Part shown: positions 11,164 through 22,838 of the stretch, in pieces
Layout of the letters: every line of letters begins with the position of its first letter
Position numbering within the stretch: the stretch's first letter is position 1
NCBI GenBank assembly: GCA_946965045.2
Contig: OX337239.1
Span: forward strand, 744,001 to 808,000
Source of the DNA: Epithemia pelagica
Lineage: Eukaryota > Protista > Bacillariophyta
Length of the DNA: 64,000 nt
Direction: 5' to 3'
Notes under the pieces: model-generated
Databases searched by the model: none
Seen by the model: the letters and a program-made list of their open reading frames with translations, nothing else
What the model was told of the DNA's origin: nothing
Program-made: the position numbers and the translations under genes

Positions 11164-13519
11164 TTAAATGGGATTCCCCGCTTGCGTCCAGGCTTTTAAA
11201 AATCGGTACCGCGCCTTGATGAGATGCAAGGCTTGTCGAGTCGTTTTTGTGGTCCTGGATCGGTTGTGATGCAAGACATCGGATTCTTCGTAGGGATCCT
11301 GTTCGATGTGAAACAATTGTTCGTAGTCAAATTCGGGCCAATAAAAGTACTTGTAATCCTTGCGAATCAAGGCAAAGACCGCCGGCAACACCTTGTTGGC
11401 ATAATTGTGACCCGTAGCGTCCTCCGGACTTCCCTGTGTGTGTGTGGTATGGAACAACAAGAGCACAAACACACACATAAACAAAAGACCATGAACAGAC
11501 ACACACAAAAAAGAGTCTGTGAGTGAGTGGTAGGATCGAAAACCAGGAACTCCCACAAATCCTACAGTTTTTGGGTACGACCGTCGCAGTTCCCCCTTTT
11601 CCCCCACAAAAATGCCTATATATTCATTCATTTGCATGACGTACCGTATTCCATTCGTAAAAGAAATCTTGTCGCCACGTGGCTTGGACGTGGCGTCGTT
11701 CCTCGGCGTCCTGCAGGGTATACAAGGGACTGATATCCCGTCCTTGCATATGTGGTGGAATGGGCAATTGCGCCGCCGTCAAAATGGTGGGTGTCAAATC
11801 CACATTCAAGACCAAGTCGTCCGTATTGCGGGTTCCCCGGACGGACGATGCCATGCGAGGATCTTGAATGACGAGTGGCACTCGAATGGATTCTTCGTAG
11901 GGATACCATTTTTCGGCAAATCCATGTTCGCCATGCAAATTGCCATTGTCCGTGGTAAAAATCAAGAGCGTATTGTCGTAGGCCTGTAATTCTTTTAATT
12001 GCGCAATGACGGCTCCGACGACGGCATCGACTTCAGTGGCCATGCGATACAAATCTTTAATATTGGTTTGATAATGTTCGTCCGTATCAAACCGATTCCG
12101 ATTGCGCACAAAGGCTTGATTGCGAGGGGATTTCATGAATTTGGGCAAGGCTTGGTAGTGTTGTTCCGTGGCAGTCGGGGGACGAGGGATGGTGGCATTT
12201 ACATACAAGACCAAACTTTCGTTCATGGGTTGGTAGGGTGGATGGGCATTGTCACGAGCATGGGTCGCAAAAAAGGAAATTTTGAGAAAAAAGGGACGTT
12301 CGTCTTGCTGGTGGTTGTTATTGTTGGTTTTGGGTGGACGGTGTCGATGGTTGGTATTCCACAAATTCAAAAAGGCCATGGCATCTTCACCATTCAAGTC
12401 GGTAACATGGCGGTCTTTGCCTCGTCGTGTCATCCAATGACGACCATAATAACTTTGAAAGACATCAAAGGATTCCTGCATGTGCTCGGGAGGAGCGGGC
12501 GCATGCCACTTGCCCACCAATCCGGTAAAGTAATGGCCCTTTTGTTTCAAGGTGGAATACAGGGTATCACTCCACGAAAAGCGGTCGTGTTGAAACATTG
12601 TCCTGGAGGCAATCAAGGTATTGCCATGGACGGCCGCCGTCGCACCCGTGGCCAAACTATTGCGGGAAATCCAACAAATACTGGTCGTGACACAATTGCG
12701 GGTAAAGAGCATGCCTCGTTCCGCCATGGCATCAATATTGGGAGTTTGCACATGGGGATTGAGAGCACCCAAGACTTGCATGGTCCAATCGTCGGCATAA
12801 AACAAGACAATGTTCAAGGGTTTGTCATCTTGTGTGTTTTGGTTCGTTGTATCAGGGTCTCGAGTGTGCGGATTCTTCGTGTCCCTCGTTGCTTCTTTGT
12901 GTTGTTGTTTGTCGTCTTTGCTTTCGTCGGGCACTCCATAATAGTCTTGAATCCGACGTAGATTGCGAGTCATATCCACCATGGGTCGGAGGCGGCGGTT
13001 CTGGGTGGCTGTCGAATTCGTATTCTTGTTGGCGTGGCCATTGGGATTTCCTGCTTGTGCTTGTTGTCCAATCGCCAGGGACAGAGTCCGATGATGCGTC
13101 CATGCCAATTGCGTCGAATTGGTGTTATTGTGATTGCGGTTGCGGTTGCGACTACTGGGAGTGGATTTGTGCGGATGCTGCAAAATGTCTTGAATGGCCG
13201 GTCGATTGCGATACCAAGCCGGCAAGGAAACTTTATTTTGGTTCTCATGTGGGGTTGTGGTGGTGGTGGTGGTTGTGGTGGTAGTGTTTGCCACGGTGGA
13301 ACCAAGAAGCAGCAAGTAGTGTTCGAGCCACACGGCCGTTGTCGTTGCGGTTGTGGCACTACTGCTGGATCCGGACGATGGCACAACGACCAAACTCATG
13401 CGGACACTTTGAATCACCAACAACAGCAGGGGTAGCAGGAACCCCAGGAGTACCGCCAAGGACCGAACCGAACATTCTCTTGGAATCATCCTTGTCCTCC
13501 TCATGGTCATCCGGGTCAT
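11164..13519 (-). CDS. Formylglycine-dependent (S1) sulfatase with N-terminal TM/signal; exons 13519-11645 and 11433-11164
   Basis: LFYADDW, SICWISR (catalytic Cys), GKWH, TTDNG..HGEHG, KWYPYEESIRVPL motifs. GTACGT...CACAG intron at 11644-11434 (211 bp). Confidence 0.88.
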
Positions 13520-13905
13520 GGACCTGGGAGCGGTAGAGTGATGTCTGATGGCGTCGTCGCAACTCGCAACCAAAAAAGGTCTACCGTACCGTAGATAGAG
13601 GGCGGAGCAAAGAAGTAGCCAGGATAGCTGTCATTCTCCAGTCCCGTGCAAGCTTTGGGTCACGGTAAAGTGGTCGCGTATCGGTCGCGTGAAAGATGAC
13701 GTACGTGTCGGATGGAACGTGGTGTCAAGCTGTGCTGCCGACACCACAAAAAAACCAACACAGAGACCAAAACAAGAAGAAGAGAACCAATCCCAGCTCA
13801 TTCGATCCTCTCTTGTATATAGAGACATATAAGACTCGACACTCGACAACTCGCAAGTCGTCGTCTGGATCCAAAAGGCGAGACACAAGAGACAAGAGAA
13901 CGACC

Positions 13906-16900
13906 ATGGTGTCGTCGTCGTCGTGGTGGACCTCTTCCTCCTCCTCCACTGGGTGTTGTGGGTCCCTGCTATTCTTCTTGGTATTGTCTCTGGACGTTCA
14001 TGCCTTTTCAACCCAACGAGCCTATCAACGAGGCGTCGTTTCTTGGAACCAGTCGGTCGTTACGAATAGTGTTTCCTGGCATGGAAATCTTGCTCCTCCT
14101 GCGTCGATTCCAAGACACTCACGACGACAACGACAACTAAGACAATCACAAGGAGGGATCCATCCGCCACAGTTAACAGTCGCATCCTCCTCCTCGTCGT
14201 CATCCGGGGATAACGAGGAGGAGGAATCGACCAGTGCCCAGTCATTTCCGTCAATAAAGGAAGGATTGCCGGATGTTCGTCGACGACAAATCCTGTTTTC
14301 CATGCTGTCGGCATCCTCCTTGTCTCCCTTTGTGGTGCCACGGGCTCGGGCGGCCGACGACGACACCGACACGACAACAACCACAACAACCGCCGTCGAC
14401 GACAACGACTCGTTGCTGCCCGTGGAGGTGATTGTCCCTCCGCTCGATGACCGAGACTATGTGACATATACCTTGGACAATGGTCTGCGGGTCCTCTTGT
14501 GTTCGGATCCCTCCACCACCGAAGCCGCCGTGGCCATGGACGTTCATGTCGGTGCCACGAGTGATCCGTGGGAGATTCCCGGGTTGGCTCATTTTACCGA
14601 ACACATGTTGTTTTTGGGAACCAAACAATATCCGCAAGAAAATTCCTTTGAAGCCTTTTTATCCAACAATGGCGGGTCGTCCAATGCCTATACCGATTCC
14701 GAAAATACCGTCTATTACTTTGACATGCAAGCCGAAGCGTCGAGCAAATTCATGGAGGGTCTGTCCCGCTTTGGATCCTTTTTTTCCGATCCACTCTTTA
14801 CCGAAGCCGCCACTGGACGAGAACTCAATGCCATTGAAAGTGAAAACAAGGTACGTGTGTGTGTGTGTGTCCCACCATTGTTGTTGTTGTCGTTGTCGTC
14901 GAGAAGAACCACAACAACAAACAAACAACGGCTCGTTCTGACCCATTCACGCCTTGCGTTCGACCGACGGTTTGGGTGGGATTTTCTCTGTCCAACTTGC
15001 TCTCTTTTTCGTTCTCTTTCTTTTTTGACAACCACGAGTAGAAAAATTTGCAAACCGACGCCTTTCGGTTGTTTCAGATTGCCAAAGCCCGAGCCAATCC
15101 CCATCATCCCTTTAGTAAATTTTTTACCGGCAACAAGTATACCTTGTTGGATCAGACGACCGCACAGGGCATTGACTTGCGAGCCCAATTGATTCGATTT
15201 TACCAAACCTACTATTCCGCCAATCAAATGACCTTGGCCGTGGTGGCACCGCAATCCATGGCCGTCCTCCAAGTCATGGTCCAAGATGCCTTTGGGACCA
15301 TTCCCAATTTGGCCGTGGATCCACCCGAACGACAATGGGCGGGAAAGGTCCTTCCGTTTGACGCCAGTAGTAGTAGTAGTAGCAGTATCATTCCCTCGTT
15401 TGGGAGTATGGTACAGGTGGTACCGGTCCAAGATTTGCGACAAATCATGATTTCTTGGCCCATTTTGTATACGTCCGAGCAGGATTTGGAAAATGCTCGA
15501 TTGTACAAAACATCCACCTATGTGGCCTATTTACTAGGTCACGAAGGTCCCAAGTCCTTGCTGTCCTATCTCAAACGAAAAGGATGGGCCAATGGCGTAT
15601 CGGCTGGATCGCAAGAAGAGTTGGCCGACTTTGAAACCTTTGATGTCGTGGTGAGTTTGACCAGTCAAGGACTGGAATCCATTGACGCCATTGTCGAAGC
15701 CATTTACTCCTACATTGCCATGATTCGGGATCGACCCATTCCCGTCACGGTCGTCAATGAAGTACTGCAACTGGAGGAACTGCAGTGGCGGTTTTTGACC
15801 AAGGGCAGTCCCCGAACCTATGCCACGAGTTTGGCCACGGCCATGCAAAAGTATCCACCTCCCTATTACGTGGCTGGACCACGTCGCATGGGCTTGGATC
15901 AGTATACCACGGAAACTCTGGTGGATGCGACGCCGCGTCCGGGATTTACCGATAAAGATCAACTCAGTCGGACCCTGGGCCAAATTGAGGACTTTGTCCG
16001 ATTGCTAACAGTGCAAAATGGGTTGATTACCGTGGTGAGCAAGTCGTTTGAAAATTTGACGGATCAACAAGAAAAATGGTACGGGACCGATTATCGCACC
16101 AAAACCATTGGATCGGCGGTATGGAACCAATGGCAAAATCCCACCAGTTTCAAAAGCCTGGGCATGAATTTCCCCCGTCCCAATGTATTTATTCCATCCG
16201 AATCGGGTCTCCGGGTCAAGAATCCCCGCCTCCCAGTCATCAAGGCCGTCGAACGAACCTTTGAATCTCGAATGACTCCCATTCGTGCTCCACGGATACT
16301 GCAGGACGACGACAAATGGACCGTGTACTTCAAGGAGGATGATCGCTTTGGAGTCCCCAAGGCATTTATCATTTTGGAAGTGGTGAGCAAATTTCCCTTT
16401 GAATCCGCCAAGAATGCGGCCATTGCCAATCTATATGAAGTCTGTGTCGCCGACCGGCTTCAAGAGTATGCGTACGATGGTAAGTGTCAGTCCGTGTCGG
16501 ACCTGTTTGGTACCAAACAATCCAGAAAATTGTGTTCGTCTCATGTACATGCTCTCTTGTATATACTAGCTGGTCTTGCTGGATTGACCTATGAGGTGAA
16601 GGTCGTTGCTCGTGGTGTTCGTCTCACCTTTGGTGGATACAGTGACAAACTCAAAGACTTTGCCTTTTATGTGTCGCAAAAACTTTCCAAGGATGTGCGA
16701 GAGCTTCTCCCTCGCAATGACATTGAATTTGGACGGTACAAGGATCAAGTCATGCGAGGACTCTCCGCCTTTGATGTCAAACAACCATACTTCCACGCGA
16801 GCTATTATTCCCAACTGGTCCTCCAACCGCACAATTTTCTCTACTCCAACAGTGATTTACGGACGGAAACACGAGCCCTTCTCCTCCCCGACTTGGTCGC

Positions 16901-17828
16901 CTACGCGGAATCCTTGTGGAGATATGGTCGAGGAGAAGCTCTCATTCAGGGCAACTTGGACCAAGCAGATGCAGTAGCCGTGACGAAAAAGCTTGAAAAA
17001 ATTCTCCCGTTCCAAAGTGTACCAATGGCTCTCCTACCTCCACGGCTCGAGGCACTCCCGCTTCCTTCGTCCCGAGGAGATGTGGTACCAACCCGATTGC
17101 TCATTACCGAACCCAATCCGGCCGACGAGAACTCGGTGTCCTATATTTTGTTGCAAAGTCTGGGCAAGTCGGAACGAGATCATGTTCTGATTGAGCTTAT
17201 CAGTGCCATTGTCAGTGAACCGTTCTACAACGAATTACGAACACAAAAGCAGCTGGGTTATATTGTCAGTTCCGGGCTTCGTGGGCTGGCCGGAACCAGG
17301 ACATTGGCCTTTGTCGTCCAATCGAACGTTGCAGCTTCGGCCTTCCTGACGGTTGAGATCATCAAGTTCCTGGATAGTGTAAAAAGCAAAATCTTGGAGA
17401 AACTGTCGGACGGGGACATTGCTGTTTATGTCAAGAGTCTTATCGACAGAAAGACTGAACCAGACAAGGAACTGTCGGTGGAAGTAACAAGAAACTGGTC
17501 CGAAATCTCAAGTGGCCGGTTGGAGTTTGGGCGACTCCAAAAAGAAGCCGCCGCTCTTCTCGAAGTCGAAAAGAAAGATTTGTTGGAGTTTTGGGCCAAG
17601 CTTTACACCAATGACGGCCGTCGCGCGTTAATCACGGAAATGATTCCTCGACATGGCGAGGCATCTTCAGTTCTACCACCGACGAGCTCTGGATACGAAG
17701 CAGGCGATCTATTCACGAGTGGACTTGTCTTGGGAATTGATGACATTCCTCAGTTTAGACGAGACAATGAGAAGCTCTTTGATCTTGAACAGTCCTTGCC
17801 GTCCGAAACCCTTCAGCTCAATGAGTGA
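13906..17828 (+). CDS. M16A metallopeptidase (insulysin/pitrilysin-like), probably plastid-targeted; exons 13906-14850, 15042-16479, 16570-17828
   Basis: GLAHFTEHMLFLGT (HxxEH), SNAYT, splicing restores ESENKKNLQTD, ELRTQKQLGY. Introns GTACGT...GAGTAG (14851-15041) and GTAAGT...TACTAG (16480-16569). Signal peptide ends VHA|FST. Confidence 0.9.
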
Positions 17829-18176
17829 AGGATGGGTATGAGGAATATGTTTTGAAGCAATGCAAACCGGAGAATGGCAGCAATGGGGAAGCTTGTGACC
17901 GTGATATGAGGGGGCAAAAAGGAGATGTTAACCAAACAATCACATGAAAAGCTCCAAATATTTGAAAGGACGAAAGCTCTACATGAGCACTTCTCATACA
18001 CTATCCTTTCCTCATCCCGAGCCAACTGTTGCCCTGAGATAAGGTGTAAGCCCGTACATCAGTAATAACTGGTCATTGCTTTTGAGCGTATCGTATAATA
18101 TCAAAATTGTTCTTCTTAGTTGTGTTTATTTTGTTATGCTAACACAGTTGATGATTCGAACCAGCAGTCTCTGTCA

Positions 18177-21100
18177 TTAAGGGTGGTCATCCTGGGCACT
18201 GCTACTTTCAAATGAAGAAGAGGAATCCATGCGAGTGGGGGTGATGGAGGTCGAGAATGAGCTGCTCTCATTGCTCGAACTGCTGCCGTCGCTATCACTG
18301 CTATCCGATGGTCTAAATATTGAATCGGTCAAGAGAGATCGTTGATTGTGTTTCTGGCCGTTTGGGCTCGCAGACAGGCTTCGATGATGCCTCATCCACA
18401 TGACACTGACAGGAGAACCATTTCGACTCATCTCGATGGCATCGGCACTCGTATCATCAAGAGTCGACATTGCATCGGTGCTGTTAACTGTAGCACATAA
18501 AGTGGCTTCTCCTGGCTGTTTTCTCTTTTTGGTTCTCTTACGGTGATGCCGACCGTGACTCGTCTCAACCGATGCAGCAACGGTTGCCTCAGTCTTCATG
18601 GGGTCATGTACTGTATCACCTCCTGTGACGATCAACTCCAGAGTATGGGCGGCCAAGGATTTGTACAATCTGTAGGAACGGCCCATGGCGGCAAATCGGT
18701 GATGAGTACATTGCAAGGCATGCAACAAGGGTTTTGCCAAGGACGAAGAAGGCAAAATATCACGTGTCGTCATGGGTACATGACTTCGTAAGTACACAAC
18801 AATGGAGTGCACTGCTTCCAAGGCCCATTGGGCGCTCTCGACATCGTCGCGGCCACCACCCACAATTGTGCCGGCAATGCCTCCGTCTACTGCAAAATCC
18901 CACAAGACCTGCAAAAGACTGACCAACACGGGCGTTGTAATGTTTTCTCCCGTAGTTGTGTCTTTGGTTCCACACACGTGCTCTTGCAAAAATTCTGGTC
19001 CTCCGGCTACAGCTGCCATGCAAGCCACTGACGAACTCAACGTAAATACACCATACTTGTACCCTTCTCCTCCACGTCGGGCCAAGGTATTGTAGAGAAG
19101 CAGGACCATTTGAGGAATCGCAGATTCCGTCTGGCGAAGTAGCGTGTAGTGATATTCCGGATCATCCTGGTGAGGATCGTCCTCCACCATGGCGTCACAT
19201 CTGTCCACACTGCGGTTCCTTGCAGTCGTGCGTGATGCTACCCTCTGATTTTGTTGCTGACGTCGCCGATAGCACAGCAAAATGACGGCCATGGCCGCCT
19301 TGAGACTTTGGTATTGCTGATCTTGAATCACCAAGGGCGCAAGGCTCTGCACTGCTCCGGCTTGATGCAAAAAGGGAACGGCCTGATGAACTTGAGCGAG
19401 ATTCATCAAGCAACTGACACACCAAGATGCAGTGGGATCCTTCCATTGGGTAGGATCGGACCCGGCCTGCTGCAACAGATCCAAGAGAGGAGGCAATAGA
19501 CCTGCATGAATCAGCGGTAAGGCATTTTCGGACGATTCGGCCAAGAGCGTCAAGGCTGCAACACATTTTTGCCGAGAGTCGGAAACAAAGGACTCGCGTG
19601 CGACATGAATCAACACTGGTACCACCACGCCTTGATCTCCTGCGACCATGGGAACTTGATTTTCCTTTTCCGCGGCCAAACTCCAAATGACCGAACAGGC
19701 TTTGGATCGTATTTCTTCGTCAAAGTTGGTATCGTTGTCATCCGAGCTGTCACTGTGATCGGCCCAATCGTCTTCTTCTTCATCCGCATCACCGCCGCTA
19801 CTCTTGACAATCATGCGAACAATTGCCTCCACCAAACCAGGATAATGAAACATGGACAATTTGTTGTCATATCCAATGGCCAAATTGGACAAGACGGAAC
19901 AGGTTCGGACACGAGCTTCGTAGGCCGCCACGAGCAAATGTCGGGGAGGATAGCCCCGGGCGGCAAGCCGCTGATCGTGGAGTTCCTCGGGATCGTCTCG
20001 CAAACAAGATCGAAGTGCCGACGACGAAATGTATTCCGTCCGTGCCAGAACGGTTAGCAAGGCTTGCATTACACCCGGTGCGTGGTACACATTACACTTG
20101 AATCGTTTGGAAACCGACAAATTCATCAAGACCGTACAGGCATGGGAAGTGCAATCCGTGGCACCAACGGTATGGTCCGCCAAAGTGCTTTGCAACACAA
20201 CATGTCCCAGTGCTTGAACCAACCCAGGAAACTGGACCAAGGCTTCATCGTTTCGTTCCAGATTCGACAAGTTCTTGATTGCCGTAATGGCCTTGAATCG
20301 AAGCGTTTCCATGGTATTAATGCGATTGGTTCGGTGGCGGACATGCTTTTCATCTTCCTGTAGCAATATAGTCTTGAGTGCCAACAAGAGCGGTGGACAC
20401 GACGCCATGATTGCCTTGGTGGTCGCCGGTCCCGAGCTCAAGTTCATGATTGCATTGGCGGCATGGATCCTTGCTTGTTCCGTCACGGGCGATCGACGAG
20501 GCGGATACGAATGAGACTCGACTGTATGGGGATTGGGTGTCACCATGGGTAGGTTGGAGATGGAGGGTGAGGTGGAAGAGAAGAGGGGGATTTGGGAATC
20601 ACAAACTTGTTGTGGGATGGGCGGAGATCGAGGCGGTGTCGAAAACAAGGGCAATCCATGATTGGGTGGGACATGGGGAGTTGCTCCCGAAGAAACCTGA
20701 CGCACCATTCCCGCGGTTTCGTGTCCTTTCGTCCTCCAAGGGTGATGATCTCTTCTTCCTCCATGCTGTGGTTCGCAGGGTTGCCCCACGGAGTCCTTAT
20801 CCTCCTCCTCTTGTTGCGAAATGAGGAGCACTTGCGCCAAGGCCTCCAACAAGCGAGGAGGTGAAGATGAAGCCTCGCTTTTCGTTGCTGTTGCTGTACC
20901 AGACACGGACGGTGGTGGAGGAGGAGGTGCCACCAAATGGGAAGATACCATTCCGGAATGGACCGTCAAACTTTGAACGACCAAGGCGGCATATTCTTGC
21001 GACAAGCGCCACCATTCCAACGTTTCCTGGTCTTGTGATCCTGACAAGTTGTGGTGTGTCCCAAACTCCCAACACTCCTCCTGCAACGATTCGCCCAAGA

Positions 21101-22838
21101 GCGTTTGGGTGACCCATTCGAGTATTTTTGGAGAAAAGAGGACGGCCACATCGTGTTCGTGCAACAATGGCGGAACACACATGCGGGACCTTGTCGTCCT
21201 TCGGGAGGGACGGGTCGGTGGGGACCATTCGAGGGACCAGTTGGTGGTGGGAGGAACCAACGGATTCTCGAGGGGTGTGGTGGTGGAAAAGGATGGTGGT
21301 GATGGTGCAAACGAGTCGGCCGGAAACGAGGAGTGTCGAGGCGGAGGCGGCGGCGGTGGTGGTGGAGAGGCACAGGACACGAGCAATTGCATTCCCAAAC
21401 AGTGAAGTCGCGGGGACCGAGACTCGACCACCAAGGCATGCATCAACTCTTCCAACACCGTGGCGGCCTCCATGGTGCAAGCAGTCGAATGAGTAGCTGC
21501 TGATGCATGATAGGAATCTTGATGATGGGCCCACAAATAATCTTGCAAGTCCTCCAACGTCGTGGTGGCAGCATCCAATTGCAGGAGTGGAATCGTCTTC
21601 TTGGCTGTCGTCCGGGTGGACTGGTGTCTTGCTCCGGCTTGTCCTGGAGGGTACAAGAAGGAAATGGGACGGCGGTGTGGTGGATGGTAGAGGGGAAGCA
21701 ATCGCCGTTGTCGTTGCTCTTGTTGTCCGCGGTGGTGGATCCCATCCTCGGCGGCATCCTGTTGTTGTTCTGCATGTTGTTGGGGTGCCCAAAAGGGCGG
21801 AGGACGAGGAGGAGGTGGTGGAGACAAGTGAAGGATCATTCGTGACCTTGTCGTAGTAGTAGTATTGGTTGGTGAGGATGATCCATCATCCGACGAGGTG
21901 GGAGTGTGCAACAAGAGGTTGTTGAATTGGAGTGCCTCTTCTTCATCTTGATTCTCTGAACTGTTGTTCTGGCTGCTGCTTGGTGGCTGCGGTGATTGGG
22001 GCCGTGAAGCGGCGCTCTCGGCAGAACTCCAGTAATCCTCGGGGTCCTGTTGGGTGTGTAGAGGTTGTCCAGGAGGATTGAGTTCCTCGTTGTCGTCATC
22101 ATCATCATCAAAGGCCAAACTGGGAACAATTGGTGGTTGCCCCTCTTCGTCTTCTTCTTCCAACAAGAAACGGTCCTCTTCTTCCTCCGCAGATTCTTGT
22201 TGTGGTCGTCGTCGAGGACGAAAAATGGAACCTCCCCAGGATGCCCGTTGACGAAAGGGCAAGACAGATGTGTGGTCGGTACTTGTACGGGTTCCGACCA
22301 CAAGAGGGGAATGCGGCAAGAGGGGCAACCACAAGGAATCGTCTTGCGAAGAAGAAGAAGATGTGGAGTGCTCTTGAACGGAATGTTGTGGTGGATGTGG
22401 CAGTGTGAGAGACGGTTGGAGTTCGGTTGTGGCATCTTGGTCTTGTTGTTCGTCTTGGTCTTGTTGTTGTTGTTGGTCCACTGCCGCCTCGGGTGGAGAC
22501 TCGTCGTCCAGGGCACCCGACATGACTACGAGGGGAGGAGGGAGATCTCCCGCAGGCTCTGGGACATTCAGTCCACCCTCTTCTTCTTGGAGTGGTTGTG
22601 GCATGGGTGGACCCGTCTCTGCGGTTGTGGTTGTGGTTGCCGCCGCAGCAGCAGGAGGAGGAGGACGATGGTTCCACGGCCAACGAGGAGGTGTTGTGGT
22701 GGTGGGGGCCTGTTGGTTGGCTGCAGCAGCGGCCGCCGCTGCCGCCAAGGCTGCCGTTTCGGCTGCTGGAGGTGCGGCACAACAAAAGAGGGACAAGGAA
22801 TCGTCCACATCCAAAAAGTCCTTGAGTCGAGGAGGCAT
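18177..22838 (-). CDS. Armadillo-repeat protein with long disordered N-terminus
   Basis: 1553-aa ORF with recurring ARM H3 patterns: AANAIMNLS, AITAIKNLS, ACTVLMNLS, TCSVLSNLA, ACSVIWSLA, CVAALTLLA, CVSCLMNLA. Confidence 0.8.
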   Translation of the reverse strand: MPPRLKDFLDVDDSLSLFCCAAPPAAETAALAAAAAAAAANQQAPTTTTPPRWPWNHRPPPPAAAAATTTTTAETGPPMPQPLQEEEGGLNVPEPAGDLPPPLVVMSGALDDESPPEAAVDQQQQQDQDEQQDQDATTELQPSLTLPHPPQHSVQEHSTSSSSSQDDSLWLPLLPHSPLVVGTRTSTDHTSVLPFRQRASWGGSIFRPRRRPQQESAEEEEDRFLLEEEDEEGQPPIVPSLAFDDDDDDNEELNPPGQPLHTQQDPEDYWSSAESAASRPQSPQPPSSSQNNSSENQDEEEALQFNNLLLHTPTSSDDGSSSPTNTTTTTRSRMILHLSPPPPPRPPPFWAPQQHAEQQQDAAEDGIHHRGQQEQRQRRLLPLYHPPHRRPISFLYPPGQAGARHQSTRTTAKKTIPLLQLDAATTTLEDLQDYLWAHHQDSYHASAATHSTACTMEAATVLEELMHALVVESRSPRLHCLGMQLLVSCASPPPPPPPPPRHSSFPADSFAPSPPSFSTTTPLENPLVPPTTNWSLEWSPPTRPSRRTTRSRMCVPPLLHEHDVAVLFSPKILEWVTQTLLGESLQEECWEFGTHHNLSGSQDQETLEWWRLSQEYAALVVQSLTVHSGMVSSHLVAPPPPPPSVSGTATATKSEASSSPPRLLEALAQVLLISQQEEEDKDSVGQPCEPQHGGRRDHHPWRTKGHETAGMVRQVSSGATPHVPPNHGLPLFSTPPRSPPIPQQVCDSQIPLFSSTSPSISNLPMVTPNPHTVESHSYPPRRSPVTEQARIHAANAIMNLSSGPATTKAIMASCPPLLLALKTILLQEDEKHVRHRTNRINTMETLRFKAITAIKNLSNLERNDEALVQFPGLVQALGHVVLQSTLADHTVGATDCTSHACTVLMNLSVSKRFKCNVYHAPGVMQALLTVLARTEYISSSALRSCLRDDPEELHDQRLAARGYPPRHLLVAAYEARVRTCSVLSNLAIGYDNKLSMFHYPGLVEAIVRMIVKSSGGDADEEEDDWADHSDSSDDNDTNFDEEIRSKACSVIWSLAAEKENQVPMVAGDQGVVVPVLIHVARESFVSDSRQKCVAALTLLAESSENALPLIHAGLLPPLLDLLQQAGSDPTQWKDPTASWCVSCLMNLAQVHQAVPFLHQAGAVQSLAPLVIQDQQYQSLKAAMAVILLCYRRRQQQNQRVASRTTARNRSVDRCDAMVEDDPHQDDPEYHYTLLRQTESAIPQMVLLLYNTLARRGGEGYKYGVFTLSSSVACMAAVAGGPEFLQEHVCGTKDTTTGENITTPVLVSLLQVLWDFAVDGGIAGTIVGGGRDDVESAQWALEAVHSIVVYLRSHVPMTTRDILPSSSLAKPLLHALQCTHHRFAAMGRSYRLYKSLAAHTLELIVTGGDTVHDPMKTEATVAASVETSHGRHHRKRTKKRKQPGEATLCATVNSTDAMSTLDDTSADAIEMSRNGSPVSVMWMRHHRSLSASPNGQKHNQRSLLTDSIFRPSDSSDSDGSSSSNESSSFSTSITPTRMDSSSSFESSSAQDDHP

